From Leucoraja erinacea (lineage: Eukaryota), in the NCBI RefSeq assembly GCF_028641065.1, contig NC_073388.1, positions 36,518,001-36,582,000 of the forward strand: a stretch of DNA of 64,000 nt. Reading direction: 5' to 3'. Positions 63,010-64,000 of the stretch are shown here, one piece after another; the stretch's first letter is position 1; each line of letters starts with the position of its first letter. The notes below the pieces were generated by a model that was given only the letters and a program-made list of their open reading frames with translations, searched no databases and was not told where the DNA came from. The position numbers and the translations under genes are program-made.

Positions 63010-63850
63010 ATGACATAGAGAATGGAAACAGGCTCTTCAGCCCAATTCACCCATGCTAGCAAAGATGCCTCATCCAAACTAATCCGATTTGCCTGCAATA
63101 GGCCCATATCCCTCTAAAAACTTCCTAACATTGTACGACTCCAAATGTCTTTTAAATCTTGTTTTAGTTGTTAGTTTTAGTTTTAGAGATACAGCGCAGA
63201 AACAGCAAAGAAACAGATTATTTGGCCCAATAGTCCGCCCGACCAACGATCACCTGTCCACTAGTTCTATGTTATCCCAGTTCTGCATCCTTATACACTA
63301 GGGGCAATTTACAGCACCCAATTAACCTACAAACCCGCATGTATTATTATTGGAATGTGCCAGAAAACGGGAGCAACCGGAGAAAACCCACATGGTAACA
63401 GGAAGGACGTACAAATGTTTACAGACAGCACCTGCAGCCAGGATCAAACCTGTATCTCTGGCTCTGTAAGGTGGCAATTCTATTGATGTACCACTTGTTA
63501 TTATACCCGTGTCAACTATTTCCTCTGGCAGCACGTTGCATTTACCCACCACCTTCTGCATGAAAAATTGCACATCACACCTGAAACCTATGGCCCCAGT
63601 TCTTGATTTCTCTACCATGGGAAAAATTCTATCTATTCCTCTCATGATTTTATACACCTATTTAATATCACCTCTCAGCCTCTTGCGCTCCAAGGAATAA
63701 AGTCCTCGACTCCATACAACAGTACAACTCAGGCCCTCATGTCCTGGTAGTATCCTCACAAAATTTCTGTGCACCCATTCCAGCTTAATGATTTCTGGTG
63801 TAACAGGCATGAATCTGAACATTGTAGAACTCGTACAATTGTAACATAAT
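63010..63850 (-). mobile_element. CR1 fragment with a nested V-SINE (about 63165-63495)
   Basis: CR1 motifs (LYSLERKRLRGD, YKIMRGIDR) are split by SINE sequence. Confidence 0.8.
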
Positions 63851-63858
63851 ATCCCTAG

Positions 63859-64000
63859 TAGGGTTGCCAACTGTCCCGTATTAGCCGGGACATCCCGTAT
63901 ATTGGGCTAAATTGGTTTGTCCCATACATGACCTCCCTTGTCCTGTATTTGAGTGTCACTACTCGGGTCGCGGGGACTGTCGGGGAGGAGTGCCGCGTCC
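63859..64000. mobile_element. Left end of a hAT-type element
   Basis: tagggttgccaactgtcccg TIR-like start with subterminal tcccgtat repeats. Runs off the window. Confidence 0.65.

Overview
Eukaryotic, repeat-dominated vertebrate DNA, most likely a cartilaginous fish (skate/ray), inferred from abundant HE1-like V-SINEs, HER1/CR1 LINEs and Penelope-derived repeats. The only host gene I can support is an IL-13 receptor alpha-2 (il13ra2)-like type I cytokine receptor on the + strand. Seven coding exons (4490-17819) splice in frame through GT-AG junctions (963 nt) and give the second half of D1, D2, D3 with WSEWS, a TM helix and a 30-aa tail lacking Box1. The signal-peptide and early D1 exons are not in the window. 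The rest is a nested mosaic of CR1, L1, Rex/Babar, RTE-X-like, Proto2-like, Penelope, Tc1, hAT, Harbinger-type MITE, Helitron, Gypsy and class I ERV remnants, plus two assembly gaps (39-175, 46411-46656). The most interesting signals are: minimal hammerhead-ribozyme motifs in many Penelope-derived hairpin elements (one in sense just behind an il13ra2 splice donor), DNA transposons carrying Penelope cargo, a retroposon tail inserted in the branch-point region of an il13ra2 exon, and short (GAA)n-tailed elements that share a 3' end with the RTE-X LINE. All family assignments come from motif recognition, not database searches.
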